A DNA stretch of 64,000 nt. Source: Eledone cirrhosa. Lineage: Eukaryota. The number at the start of each line of letters is the position of its first letter. Within the stretch, counting starts at the first letter, position 1. The stretch spans positions 379,936,001 through 380,000,000 of the forward strand of contig OZ024741.1 of assembly GCA_964016885.1 (NCBI GenBank), written 5' to 3'. Positions 1 to 14,664 of this stretch are shown one piece after another. The notes under the pieces are model-generated. The model ran no database searches and was not told the DNA's origin. It saw only the letters and a list, made by a program, of their open reading frames with translations. Made by a program: the position numbers and the translations under genes.

Positions 1-208
1 ATATATATATATATATATATCTTAAGGTTTGTTGGTTCACCACTGGATAGAACTGGTCATTCCGTATGGTCAAACTTGGTGTAATATTGTGAAGAGTACT
101 CAACGCAAGTCATCCATCTTCATTTGTGTAGTGGTGGTGCGAATACGGAGTTAATTATAAATGAAATAACAGTAGGCTGGACTGGGGTAAATCCTTGAAA
201 GTTTTATT

Positions 209-270
209 ATACTATGATCATTTCAAAGACTGACCGGGTTCCATGTGAATCCGGCGATATCATCAGGTAT
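209..270 (-). ncRNA. Type-I hammerhead ribozyme motif (weak stem II base)
   Basis: Reverse strand: atac-CTGATGA-...ccgg..ccgg...-GAAA-tgatca-TA-gtat; stem I atac/gtat, palindromic stem III. Confidence 0.55.
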
Positions 271-3200
271 TGGAATATAACAAAGGAATATGTAAAAAGC
301 CATGGGTCCGAAAAACCATGGGTCCGGGAAACCAGAGTCAGGAAGGGCGGCTGACCAACTAGCTCAGAGCCAGCCGCCCTCAAAGTGGTTGCAACCGAAA
401 ACTACCAGTGAATATCTGGTAAGGAGGCGCAGGCCTATCATATACACCACCACTCCGTCAAAGAAGAAGGGGTAGAAACTAAGAATAGGAGAAAAATGTA
501 GTGTAAGCGTCAAACTACATTCATGTTAGAAAATGCCGCGAAAAAAAATGCTACCCAAAGAATCTATAGTGGGTGTCTGTATGGTCTAATGTGTGAACCG
601 AAGATTGAACGCTAAACTTATGTTGCGAGTTATAGGATGAAATAAATTAAATTAAAAATATTATATTGCAAAATGGTAAATTGAAAAATAGAGGTAGCGA
701 GATTTATTTATTTAACGAACTTACGGAAAGAGACTGATATGAAACATTTTTTTAATTTTATTCGATAACATATTAGGATGGGATATAGAGTAAATATTTC
801 GATTGGGAGTCTCAGCCAGCACACCCACAACCATGAGTCAGCCAGTCTCGAGTGGTATCGTCCAGCGAAAGAAATGGAAATTAATTTTTCAGAGTACTCT
901 AGGAACGTAGCTAACTTTGGCCCCGGGATCACTAGCGGGAACCCCACAATTTCGAAAGGGCATCGTCTATACCACGAATATTATTAAATCACACATTAGG
1001 GGTTTATTGACGTGTCAATCGAGGCTTGATACAGCTAATAGTTGTGCCCAAACCTGGAGTTTGTAGGTACAGGTATAATTAAGCGGCCAAAACAGGCGGC
1101 GCGGTGGGACTGGGGCAGAGCAAGCCACTCCGAGTAATTTCATTTACCGAAAGAGGGGAAATTTATTTCTCCGAGCACTCAAGGAATGCTGAACTTTCAA
1201 AGTGCCCAGCGCGCAGCCGGGGAAAAGCCACCACACAAATCAAACAATGAAAATTGCAAATAGATCAAAATTATTTTAATTTATTTTAAAGTCCCAGTTA
1301 GTCCGGATTATAGGTAGTGTGGTTCTTACGTATGTAGGGGGCTATGAAGATGCATAATGACCTGAGTAAGGAAAAGTTACAAAAAAATACCAATACATTG
1401 ATACAAATACATTAATAAAATAATAGAAAATAATAAAGTAATAAAATATACATTAATGAGATAGTAAAAAAATTAATAAAGGTAAATAAGAGTCAATATA
1501 GATCAAGTTGTTGTAAGATAATATAAGTTGTACATATACATACAGATATAGAGGATGGAGGAGATGGAATGGTAACAGATTGTACCTAGTGTAAAGTTCG
1601 GGTTCCGAATTCAGTGCGAGTCACAAAAAGTCCTGAGGTATAGAGTAGAGAATACAGTCAATACAATACAAGTTTTAGTATAATACGAAGAGTTTTGTCG
1701 GAATCGGAATCATCCCGACAAGGAAGTGGTACCAGGTGGCGGTAGATAAGGCGCAGAGCAGCCAAAATGCAAATGGCAAGTAGATCAGTTAATCCCATGC
1801 TGGTAATAGCTGTACACTGAAGTCAGTGCCGCTGTTCAATATTACATTTTGAAATGCTCAACATTATAGGAGCATTATTTTTTAAGGTTTGTTGGTTCAC
1901 CACTGGATAGAACAGATCATTCCGTATGGTCAATTCTGGTGTAATATTGTGAAGAGTACTCAACGCAGTGCAGTTCACCCATCTTCATTTGTGTAGTTGG
2001 TGGTGCGAATACGGAGTTTGGTGAACCAACAAACCTTAAGAAATGATGCTCCTATAATGTTGAGCACTTCAAAATGTGATATTGAACAGCGGCACTGACT
2101 TCAGTGCACAGCTATTACCAGCATAGGATTAACTGATCTACTTGCCATTCGGATTTTGACTGCTCTGCGCCTTATCTACCGCCACCTGATACCACTTCCT
2201 TGTCGGGATGATTCCGATTCCGACAAAACTCTACGTATTATACTAAAACTTGTATTGTATTGACTGTATTCTCTACTCTATACCTCAGGACTTTTTGTGA
2301 CTCGCACTGAATTCGGAACCCGAACTTTACACTAGGTACAATCTGTTACCATTCCATCTCTTCCATCCTCTATATCTGTATCTATATGTACAACTTATAT
2401 TATTTTACTACAACTTGATCTATATTGACTCTTATTTACCTTTATTAATTATTTTACTATATCATTAATGTATATTTTATTACTTTATTATTTTCTATTG
2501 TTTTATTAATGTATTTTTATCAATGTATTGGTATTTTTTTGTAACTTTTCCCTACTCAGGTCATTATACACCTTCATAGCCCCCTACGCACCTAAGAACC
2601 ACACTACCTATAACTGGGACTTTAAAATAAATTAAAATAATTTTGATTCTATTTGCACTTTTCATTGTTTGACTTGCGTGGTAGCTTTTTCCCGGCTGCG
2701 CGCTGGGCACTCGGAAATTTCAGCCTTCCTTGAGTGCTCGGAAACATAAATTTCTCGTCTTTCGGTAAATGAAATTACTCGGAGTGGCTTGCTCTGCCCC
2801 AGTCCCACCGCGCCGCCTGTTTTGGCCGCCTAATTGTACCTGTACCTACAAACTCCAGGTATGGACACAACTATTAGCTGTATCATGCCTCTATTGACAC
2901 GTAAATAAACCCCTAATGTGTGATTTAATAGTATTCGTGGTATAGACGATGGCCTGTTGAAATTGTGGGATTCCCGCTAGCGATCCCGGGGCCAAAGTTA
3001 GCTACGTTCTTAGACTACTCGGAAAAATTAACTTCCATTTCTTTCGCTGGACGGTACGACTCAAGACTGGTTGACTCATGGTTGTGGGTGTGCTGGCTGG
3101 GATCCACAATCGAAATATTTACTCTATATCCCATCCTAATATCTTATCTAATTAAATAAAAAAAAATGTTTTTCATATAAGACTCTCTCCGTAAGTTCGT

Positions 3201-3632
3201 TAAATAAATAAATCTCGCTACCTCTATTTTTCAATTTACCATTTTGCAATATAATATTTTTAATTTAATTTATTTCATGCTATAACTCGCAACATAAGTT
3301 TAGCGTTCCAATCTTCGGTTCACACATTAGACCATACAGACACCCATTATAGATTCTTTGGGTAGCATTTTTATCGCGGCATTTTCTAACATGAATATAG
3401 TGTAACCCTTACACTACACTTCTTTCTCCCTTTCTTTCTTTCTTCCCCTTCTTCTTTGACGGAGTGGTGGTAGTATATGATAGCCCTGCGCCCCTTTACC
3501 AGATATTCGCTGGTAGTTTTCGGTTGTCAACACTATGAGGGCGGCTGGCTGTTAAGCTAGTTGATCAGCTGCCCTTTCTGTCTCTGGTTTCCCGGACCCA
3601 TGGCTTTTTACATATTCCTTTGTTATATTCCA

Positions 3633-3690
3633 AAACCTGATGATCTCACAGGATTCATATCGAACCCGGTCATTGAAATGATCATAGTAT
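3633..3690 (+). ncRNA. Type-I hammerhead ribozyme motif, degenerate copy in the second arm
   Basis: aaac-CTGATGA-tctcacaggattcatatcgaacccggtcatt-GAAA-tgatca-TA-gtat. Confidence 0.45.
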
Positions 3691-3765
3691 AATAAACCTT
3701 TCAAGGATTTACACCAGTCCAGCCTACTGTTATTTCATTTATATATATATATATATAAATATATG

Positions 3766-3798
<33 letters not shown>

Positions 3799-3826
3799 GG
3801 ATATTATACACATACACGGACACACA

Positions 3827-4432
<606 letters not shown>

Positions 4433-5971
4433 AATATTGAATCAAAACGTATCACATATATTTAGAATTTTGTGTTTCTCAATGCGTAAACTCAATAGAA
4501 AATATCTTGAGTCATAATAAACAAATGAAAAAGATATATGAATGTATATAGAGAAACAAGAGCGATATATCGTATAAGAAACACACTATATTTTATGTAT
4601 GCCAAATACATATTCTATAGAAGAAAACTTACTATGGTGGATTCATAAGTGGAACCTTATATGTGAATTTAAATACACATATAACACATACACACACATA
4701 CACACATACACACATACACACTCATACTCTCTAAAACCCTATTCCTGAAACAGAATCTCTTTTGCAATCCTATTCTTTTGACAATCTCATTTAACTCTCT
4801 CCCCTATAGTAAGTGTCTCTAGCTTACATTTGGCCTCTTCGCCACCCACATCTGAACTCTTGACCAGTCCTTTAACACAATTGAGATAGATACACATATA
4901 TACAGAAACATCTCCTCTTCCTAAAAGTAATTTTGTTGTTGAAAAGTCACAACTAACACTACTACAACAACAGAAACTACTACTACTACTACTAATACGA
5001 CTACTACTACTACTACCTCATCCTATATATATATAAGGTTCTATTTTAGACCCAGTCTTCTTCTCAACAGGTGAGATGAACAGACCTACTTCAACACTTA
5101 ATTTTTAATTATTTTTAATACTTTTTAATTGTAATATCCAACATTTTATAAGATGGATTACACTGATACCTCGATATCTATATTTTATATACCTTATAAA
5201 ACTTTTATCTTTTGCAAAACATTGTTCCCCTCATTTTTTCAATAATGTGACTTTGATGAATCACAGAAGAATAAAAGTAAAACAGATCCTTTAAATATAT
5301 ATTTCGTGCTATTTCCAACTCCACTTTTTCTCTATAACCTCTAATTTGTACAGAACCTTACTCTCTTTTCAAATATATATATATATATATATATGCAGGG
5401 GGTGTGTGTCTCTGTGTGTGTGTGGGGGGGGGGATATATGTGCGTGTGTGAGAGTGTGTGTGTACATAATTATTAATATCCAGATTTAAATCTATATTTG
5501 AGAGTAAGAATCTCATAAAATAAGAAATAATAATACATACCAAGACAAAATAAAACTAGTAAACATTGCTATTTAGCTTTTATTGTATATATTTACCCCT
5601 GTCATTGATAATGTTGCTACTGAATTAATGTAAGTGCCAGTTATCGGTTTATTGCTTTTCCTTGACAAAGCTGGGCGGCGAGATTATTAACGTAAGTAAG
5701 AATCTATTTAATATGACAATGTACAAAATTACTATTAAGAGGTAATTAGTAGATGTCATTTTCAGAAGCTTAAATTATATATTCCTTGTATGTATTTTCC
5801 TTGTGCTGCTCTCCACAATATTCTCTTTCCTTTAAGCATTTTAATAGATATCTCACAGTTTCACGTAACCTGATCAATTGTTGAACTTTGACAGTTTTTC
5901 CTATATATCTTACATTTATTTCATTGTAAACATCGCATTAGTTCTTCTATTTATTAATATATTTCGGGAAG

Positions 5972-6200
5972 TGAAGGCGGTAGATTAACAGTATCGGTAG
6001 AGCATCGGACAACATGCTTTGTATCTCATTAATAATGTTCTGAGTAAACACATCCCACCGAAGTTAGCTTTTCCCTTCATCCTTACGGGGTCGATAACAT
6101 AAAGAACATAACGTACCAGTAACACACTTTGGTCAATTTCATTGACTCTCCACTCCCCCCACCCACAATTGTTGGCTTTCTGCCTAAATCAACAACCAAT
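5972..6200 (+). mobile_element. tRNA-derived SINE (octopus-type)
   Basis: ggcggtag...ttctgagt...cttcatccttacggggtcgataa...gtaccagt...gcctaaatc body shared with many copies in the window. Confidence 0.65.
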
Positions 6201-6888
6201 ATATGACTTTCTGAAGTTAACTATGTGTTGCTTGTTTTAACGGACTATTTTAGCATAGACACATTATTTACTGCTTTCAAAGAAATTAGAATTATATTAA
6301 AATAATTGAGTAATTTAAGTGATTATAAATATATTTCTCAATAAATCCTACAGTAAATATTTATTTATTAGTAGCAAATCACTACACACTCAGAATCTGA
6401 GCGACGATTACTGAAATCAATATACAAGTATTGATATATTTACCAATATACACTAAGTGTAATAAAATAAAATAAAATATTGATTTACCCCTGACATGAC
6501 ACTATCTCATCGTTCGAGGAAAACATCTGTCCACATATAATTCATTTAAATACATGTTTGAGCTATCGCAGAATATTAGGGACTAGTCTGTGTGATTTTC
6601 TTGAATCAATGTTTAATCTTAAAGATAACACAAATGGAATCAAACATACACACACAAATCTTATCAATAATGTGAGGGTAGTAGTATTAACCTGTGTTCA
6701 CCCTATGAGAATTGGCATTAGATTTATCTATTAACTGTAATTGTTTGATAAAATCGTGTTAAAATCATCTTAAATCGGATGGTCAAGCGTAAATCATATA
6801 GAAATAGTGCTCTAGTTACAATTTATATGTGTGTGTGTATGTGTGTACGTATGCATAAATATAGACATATGTATATAATCACATTTCA

Positions 6889-6989
<101 letters not shown>

Positions 6990-7000
6990 AAGAGGGAAAC

Positions 7001-7035
<35 letters not shown>

Positions 7036-7250
7036 AAAGAGACAGATGGTCAACTGAATACGCGCGTGTGTTTTCTCGCATTTTTCCGATAAGGCTCTCA
7101 TCCTGCTACTTACGGCGTTAAACTAATATATTTATTCCCTGTATTTTGCCTTTTGTTTTGTTATTTGTGTATTACTTTTACATACATACAGACACACATA
7201 CACACACACAGACACACATACACAGACACAGACCCCCACCACACACACAC

Positions 7251-7313
<63 letters not shown>

Positions 7314-7505
7314 GTAGTAATAAACACAGTAAATCGTGTGTCTAAAATTACGAGGGTTGAAATACCACGTCGGTTTGACAAATTTAAGCTGAAGCCAACG
7401 GAAATACAGAAAATATACAGAACGTCACAATAACAATATTACATCTCCCGGACAGATTAGAGATTTAATCTGTTTCGCCATGATGATTGTGTTTGTAACA
7501 GATAA

Positions 7506-9242
7506 CACCGTGTAACAAAAACGTTTTTTTCTCTGTTCCTGGCTTGTAATCACTTTCTTTGTGTTCCTGATTTCCCAAATAAATAAAAAAAAGAGCTATT
7601 AAACAGTTAAAAGTTTGGGTTTGTAAACATTCTAAGCTATTCACTAGAATTATGTGTATGCTGGATTTTACATTGTATGTCAGTTTAATATGCTTATGTT
7701 AAATGATTGTTCTTATATATGTTTCAGGTTAAATTAAAATTATAAAATAAAGAGTTATACCTAAAGAAAATTATAAAAGTGCAATAAAGTATAACATTTT
7801 AAAAAAGTGGATTAAAGAGATTTATTGATACTGGATTTTCGCACCCTGAATAAAGGGTAAGTTGTGTTTTAAGCATTCGTCACCAGGATGAAGCAGTGGA
7901 ACTTGGTTAAGGAGGAAGTGCAGGTGACAAGTCAGAGAAGTCGACACGAACCTTTCTCAAGCTTTTACACTCTTAGGGATAGCCTCTGCTTCTGCCATGA
8001 CGTGACTGGACTGATTGATGTTATTGGGGTGCCGTTTATGCCCAAGAAGTAGCGGCTATTTATAGACAGCTCCACCACAAGTTTGAAGGTTGTCCTCCTC
8101 CACAATGGAAACAAGGTCGCGACACTGCCCCTAGCACATTCAGTCTGCCTGAAGGAAGATTACTACAGTGAGAAAGTCCTCTTGGAAGCTCTGCAATACA
8201 ACCAGTACAATTGGGAAATCATTGGAGACTTCAAGATGGTGGTTTTCCTGCTTGGACTCCAAGCAGGCTTTATTCAATTCCAAAGCTTCCTCTGCCTTTG
8301 GGACAGCAGAGCGACCACTGACCACTACAAAAGAAAGAACTGGTAGCAGCGAAAATAATTTGTAGTTGGGACCCAGATCATCTTGTGGGAGCCACTGGTT
8401 GGTCCCAAGATTGTGCTCATGCCACCACTGCACATTAAGTTGGGGTTGATAAAGCAGTTTGTGAAGGCTCTCAACCAAGAATCAGCCGCTTTTAAGTACC
8501 TACTTGAGGTCTTCCCCAAGTTATCTGAGGCCAAAATCAAAGGTGGTATTTTAGTTGGACCTCAGATTAAGATGTTTGAGTCTACCTAGTTCTCAAATAA
8601 GCTCAATAGGATTGAGAGAACAGCATGGAACTGTTTCAAGGCAGTTGTTAAGGGCTTCCTGGGCAACTACAGAGCTGAAAACTACCAGCAACTGGTGCAG
8701 GATCTGATAAAGGCTTTTGGCGCCATGGGATGCAGGATGTCGCTTAAACTCCATATGCTGGACGCTCACATGGAAAGATTCAAGGACAATATGGGCGCCT
8801 ACTCAGAAGAACAAGGTGAGAAGATTCCACCAAGAGTCGAAAGACATAGAGCGGAGGTACTGCGGCCACTAGAATGAAAAAATGATGGAGAACTATATCT
8901 GGGGTCTAGTGCGGGAATGCGACCTGGACTACAACCGCAATTCCAGGAAATCCAGCCATTTCTAACGTGTATAAGTTGCTTTATAAGTGTTATTTGCTTT
9001 TAATTGTTTGCTTTTGATAAGCTTGTGTAATAAAGTAAATATATACTCTGTTGATTTAAATATATGAACTGATAAATTAAAAAAAAAGTGTTTTTTCTTG
9101 AAAAATATGAAAATTTCGATATATAAATCTGACCACAAACCCAAACTACTCATTAAATAATAGTGTTTTTTTATAATGATGGAATATCACAAACCAGGAA
9201 ATCATAGTTAGAACCGGGGAACAAAAAATATGTTACACGGTG
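7506..9242 (+). mobile_element. Chapaev3-type (CMC superfamily) DNA transposon, internally deleted
   Basis: Termini CACCGTGTAAC...GTTACACGGTG, TAA duplication at 7503-7505 and 9243-9245; transposase remnant inside. Confidence 0.8.
7880..8964 (+). pseudogene. Disrupted Chapaev3-like transposase (C-terminal part)
   Basis: Motifs RLFIDSS..SLKVVLLHNGN, FLCLWDSRA..HY, PPLHIKLGLIKQFVKAL, FPKLSEAKIKGG..VGPQI, MGCRMSLKLHML, SEEQGE; several stops and frameshifts. Confidence 0.8.
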
Positions 9243-9329
9243 TAACAATCAGCGAGATCATTAGATTAAATGTGACAAATACCTACATCTAATGGCCATA
9301 CGAATGAAAATTTCACCTCGTGCGCCAAT

Positions 9330-10300
9330 TGGGTGTATTAAGGCTATTGTTTCTAGCCTATCCACTCACACAACTTTTGACTGCTCGCGCACGAGGTGAA
9401 ATAATTCGAGGCCTGGCACTGTCACATGGCCTTCTGCTTCATCCAGCATAGATATCGTCCCACCCTGATCCAAGCTGCCCTCACTCGTGCACGTGAAACC
9501 GACCGTATCACGGCTCTCTCTCACCACCAGCATCCCAACACACGCCTTTATATTCCCCTCACCTACCACCACATCACCCCCCTCTCCGATAACATATTCC
9601 ACTTTGTTTCCACACTCTCTCTTCTTACCCAGTCACTTCTCGCTTCTTTCCAAACTCAAACCTTACCGCCTTTAATTAAGCCCGTAATTTATGCTCCTGC
9701 TTACGTCTCTACCCTTAGCCACTGTCATCTTTAACTCCTCCGTTGTCAAACACGCACGCGCACATTCACCCCTGATTCCTACAGCTCTGTTATGGTTAGA
9801 CGCACACACTCGTACAGCTTATATAGACCATAAAGAAACAGAGACACACCTCTACATTTAACTTCTCCAACAATACACACACAGACACCCTCTTATATAC
9901 ATACACATTCGTACTTAGCACGCACACAATCTCTTGTACTTACATAGTACACACATATCCTCTTCGGACAGACGTATACAAACACACACACGCACAGCCA
10001 TACCTACAACTCTATAAACAAAATGATGTTTTAAAATTCTCGAACATCACCTTTCAAAACAAGTTTACCATACACAAAACATCAGCATCAACAGTTTTCC
10101 TGGAGATGGCGCTATGTTAAACGTTTGTTTTTCGTTTCTGCCAATGCCCGTCTCCTCAATCACTCGGTTTCTTCTTTAATTTATCATTCTATCTTCTAAT
10201 AAAGGACTAGCGTCGTAAACGTTAAGCCCCTGTTCCTACTATATTAAACGTGAACGAATAATATATGTCTTCATTGTACAGATTCATTTGCTTCGTTATT
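9330..10300 (+). mobile_element. Degenerate PLE 3' fragment
   Basis: ORF 9426-9734 F.QHRYRPTLIQAALTRARETDR...IPLTYH resembles the PLE RT thumb region (F..RGYP..LI..A..RA...R...IPL..TYH). Confidence 0.45.
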
Positions 10301-10999
10301 TCTGTAACGCTGAAGTATGACTGCATTGTAATCAGTGACAGCTTCCTGTCCCAAATGCATGGAAGAGAAGGTAGTTAAAAGTGTTGACATGATATATAAG
10401 AACTAGTCAGACGACATAAATTATAGTTTAATACGAAGAATTGCTACATACAGCTATAGAAGGTGATCTGAATTTATTATTTTCTCTTTTGGTGGGAAAC
10501 GCCGGAAAATCAATCATCTCAATAGATCGGTAAACAAAGGAAATGTTTATTAACAAATTCAGCATTAGTTATATCCTAATGATGATAGATCTTTCCTATA
10601 CTCCTCTATATTAGTTCTAAAATTGATATTATTCTTGTAGTATTACGGGGATGTTTATTCATTGTGTAATCTCTGTGTCATTTACTACGATCTAATAAAA
10701 CTTGACAGGTGCAAACGTTTCCACTCTCGATGACCGAATTAACAGGACTGTGTCCATCTACTAAACCTAATACCAGCTAAAACTAAATGACTCATTTATT
10801 GCAGAAATATGGCGTCTAAGAGGAATACAGAATTCAAACCTTTTCATGAAGATTAAATTTCAAACTCGTGTCAAAAATGAAGATTGACTTCCACTTGAAT
10901 TAATAAAAGCAGATTGTTCTGTATAATACACACACACACAGACACACACGCGTGCACACACATAAACACGCACAGACATACACACACACACCACATACA

Positions 11000-11254
<255 letters not shown>

Positions 11255-11478
11255 TAATAATAAATTTGAAGACTAAAATACAAAGGAGCTCGATAAGGAT
11301 AAATATATATCAAATATATAAGAACCGTAGAGTAAATATTTAATTTAGTTTCAGAAGATCCCGTTAAGGGTGAAAGCAGCGATTATTTGCTTAAACTTTA
11401 ATATTTTATGTTAATATATATATATATAGAATAAAGAAAAGCGAAGTAGTTTCAGATGTTCAAGTCCTTTAATAATAA

Positions 11479-11570
11479 TTGTTTCTACTTTAGGCACAAG
11501 GCCAGCAATCACCCAGCGCATTACTGGTACTTTATTTTATCGACCCTGTAAGGATGAAAGGCAAATTCAA
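11479..11570 (-). mobile_element. 5'-truncated SINE inserted in an aataat repeat of the left direct repeat
   Basis: tttctactttaggcacaaggccagcaat...ctggtactttattttatcgaccctgtaaggatgaaaggcaaa; absent from the 12790 copy. Confidence 0.7.
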
Positions 11571-11575
11571 ATAAT

Positions 11576-11649
11576 GCTGTGATATATATTTCAGTGACGA
11601 CACTGGCCACACTGTTCTGTGTGCGAGTGTCGTGTCATCATCAGACAGC
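11576..11649 (-). ncRNA. Type-I hammerhead ribozyme
   Basis: gctgt-CTGATGA-tgacacgacact..cacac..gtgtg..agtgtcgtcact-GAAA-tatata-TC-acagc. Confidence 0.8.
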
Positions 11650-12796
11650 TTGTTACATAATAAGGTTATGTTTCCGAGGCAATCCAAGCGCATATCCGAA
11701 GGAAGTTGATCATTAGCCACCGCAGATTTCAACGAAATTCGCTTAGTCAGTTCACCCTCTCAACCAAAACAATGGCCCACAAATGCCTGTACCATATTTT
11801 ACTGCCACCCATCACGGCTGTGGAAGTCAGCCGAGAGCCAGAGGTGTATGGGAGAGTGTTAGTTTTTATAGGTCATAATACTACCCCTCACTTAGCGTTG
11901 ACGGTACGACTGACCATCACCTTATAAGGGAAATTAAACTTAATTCTAGGTATCATGGTTTTACGTTGGAAGTTAAGAGTGAGAGTTGGAAATAAAAATT
12001 AAAATCCTAAATCAAATATCAGAAATTATAAATTAAACAATTAAGAAATTAACAATTAGAAATTAAAGAATTAAAAAAAAATTATTTTCAGGAGATAATT
12101 CGGATTGAGGTGAGTAAAAATATAGACTGAAGTGAGTAAATAATATGGAGAGAGATGTTTAAGTAATATGTTCTGAGAGGGATTCTAGTGTCACAGTTAC
12201 TCTATCTACATATTGAACGACAGTGCCGTACATTATAACAGAGGGCAAACTACAGGGCTCTAGGCATTAGTCAATCTGGTACACAGTCATAATTTCCATC
12301 GCATGGAACAAAATCAAAGAAAGACAGACATAATGTACGCAAAAGAAAAGAACAGAACCAATAGTGAATAAATGCAAAAACACAGAGTACATATATGCAA
12401 AATGATCCATATGATTGTCCATCTGTCCATGTATAGATTGAATTGAGGGGGCTTCTGTTCAAATGCGATTTGGTGCAGGAAAATAGGGGTTTATCCTATT
12501 ATTTGTTTCCGCGTATTTATCCTGCCCAAAGTTACTATTATGTCCGTCCAGTGTAAGGGGTTTCCATCCCCATGATAGAGGGAATTTCCGGTGTAGCTTA
12601 TGGTTGGTTCCTCTCTTCTCCAACATATCGGTTACATCGTAAAGCGCTCAACTAATTGGAGCTAAATTATTAGGGTAAGCATTGATGCAATTCAATTCAA
12701 GCACTCAACGTAATTTTTCCACATAGGAGTGACGGAGTTAATATCGAATAAGGAAAAGGGTAATAGTTTCAGATGTTCAAGTCCTTTAATAATAAT

Positions 12797-12870
12797 GCTG
12801 TGATATATATTTCAGTGACGACACTGGCCACACTGTTCTGTGTGCGAGTGTCGTGTCATCATCAGACAGC
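12797..12870 (-). ncRNA. Type-I hammerhead ribozyme (second copy)
   Basis: Same sequence as 11576-11649. Confidence 0.8.
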
Positions 12871-13300
12871 TTGTTACATAATAAGTTTATGTTTCCGAGG
12901 CAATCCAAACTGGATCTACATGGGAACGGATGAATTGCGTGTTTTGGGGTTTTTCATCCGCTCCCTTGTGAGTACCAATTCACCCCCACCAGCCTGCGCA
13001 AGCGCATGTCCGAAGGAAGTTGACCATTAGCCACCGCAGATTTCAACGAAATTCGCTTAGTCACTTCACCCTCTCAGCCAAAACAATGGCACACCAATGC
13101 CTGTACCATATTTTACTGCCACCCATCACGGCCGGTGGGGGTGAATTGGTACTCGTCACTGAAATATATATCACAGCATTATTATTAAAGGACTTGAACA
13201 CCTGAAACTACTTCGCTTTTCCTTATTCGATATTTACTCCGTCACTCCTATGTGGGAAAAGTACGTTGAGTGCTTGAATTGAATTGCATCAATGTTTACC

Positions 13301-13344
<44 letters not shown>

Positions 13345-13349
<5 letters not shown>

Positions 13350-13655
13350 GTGAGGTTTTTTACAAAATGAAAAATAACCGAGGCGTCCTACATGAGTGAA
13401 AGTATAAAGAAAAAAAGATGAAATCGAAAAAGCAAATGGAGTCTTATTTTTAAAAGAATATATATATTTATTTGATTCCTTTACCGGTGTCGCAGTTCTT
13501 CTGCTTTTCAAAAGTAGAGTTGAGATGGAGGGTCTGTTGTTTTTCTCAGAGTTCTTCTGCTTTTCAAAAGTAGAATTGAGATGGAGGGTCTGTGGTTTTT
13601 CTCACAGATGTGAGAAAAACCACTGACCCTCCATCTCAACTCTACTTTTGAACAG
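13345..13655 (-). mobile_element. PLE pseudo-LTR fragment related to 29335-29480, with short tandem duplication, hairpin and variant HHR (13479-13514)
   Basis: ccatctcaactctacttttgaaaagcagaagaactgcgacaccggtaaagg (reverse strand) matches 29361-29411; hairpin centred ~13607. Confidence 0.6.
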
Positions 13656-14664
13656 TAGTAATGAAGATGACAGACGAGTGTGTAGAGTGAAAGTGGGTAA
13701 AAAGAGAAGTACACTTTAGTCAGACGAGAAGCCGTTGTAGTAGAAATTGAAGAAGTGTTGATGGAAAACAACGTGTCAGTGAATAATGTAATAGAAGTAG
13801 AATATTAGTGAATGGATGTTAAATAATCAATCAGCTAGTCTCGATTTAAATCCCATGTAAGAAATATGCGTGTGTAAATCCAAAATCATCTTGGATGAAT
13901 TAGCAATGCCCTAGTGTGTTTGTTGATGGTGGAAGTTGACGTTTATTCTAGATATAAGAACTCTAGTCTTTGTGATGTATGGTGTCAATGTTGTAATAAC
14001 GTGTTTTTTGCCATGAATGTCCAAGTAAGTTCAAGATTATAAAGCATACTGACAATGAGCCACATATGCTGTGACTTCGGATATGGTATGGGAGGACAGA
14101 TGCGGGTAGATAGATGAATAAAACATACTTTAATGATCCGATGGTAGTATTCCAAATCTCGCTGAAGAGGGGTGAATATATGTTGGATGTTATTGGTAAT
14201 GTTGGATGCCTTTCTTTAAACGAGGAAATCGTGTCTCTTCTATATTGTTGATTTTGGTATAATGTGCATGTATGGTGGATGATTTGTGGAGTATTGTTGA
14301 ACTGCTTCAATCATCTCATTAGTTGTCTTCGATCTTTCCAAGATAATATTCACCATCTTTGCAAATTTTCAAAGGTAGCACTTTTTACCAAGACAATTCT
14401 AATGGGATATCTACCACTCACCTTTAGCATAATTTATCCAATACAATCCTCTCAGTAGCCAGATCGGTTGACATAAAACTGGTGAATTTGCAAACAGTTA
14501 CCTGACGCAACATGATTTGAATTCAGGTAAATATATTTTAAAAACTTCCTTTTCAGTTATAACTCCATATTACCTAATTCAACTGGATCCAAAGAAAATC
14601 ACATCAATTTATCATAATGAATTATGCGAGTAGATAAGCTGATGTGAGATGTTGAAGGCATATA

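Larger units (their letters stand above)
21..3742. mobile_element. Non-coding PLE-like element: ~1.74-kb inverted repeat (156-1900 vs 2019-3742) plus direct repeat (22-152 repeated at 1882-2017), flanked by (TA)n
   Basis: Arms read as reverse complements along their length (e.g. atgaaataacagtaggctggactgg at 161 vs ccagtccagcctactgttatttcat near 3714); ttaaggtttgttggttcaccactgg at 22 and 1882; HHR motif in each arm. Confidence 0.8.
11428..13305 (-). mobile_element. Non-autonomous PLE-like element with direct repeats (11430-11817 vs 12747-13133) and an inverted terminal copy (13153-13305 vs 12669-12821), flanked by (TA)n
   Basis: Repeated gtttcagatgttcaagtcctttaataataa...gctgtgatatatatttcagtgacgacac; two HHR motifs. 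Confidence 0.75.

Noticed and set aside
708-3159. Paired short ORFs in the two arms of the large inverted repeat
   Set aside because: Similarity follows from the duplication; non-ATG starts, different ends, no recognisable domain.
10190-10230. Possible HHR relic (ctaataaaggactagcgtcgtaaacgttaag)
   Set aside because: Both core boxes are degenerate; cannot be supported.
10310-10900. Unique-looking sequence with acceptor-like sites (also ~14990-15300, 54450-54600, 62500-62800)
   Set aside because: Frames are interrupted by stops and no protein family was recognisable; a host gene cannot be called.
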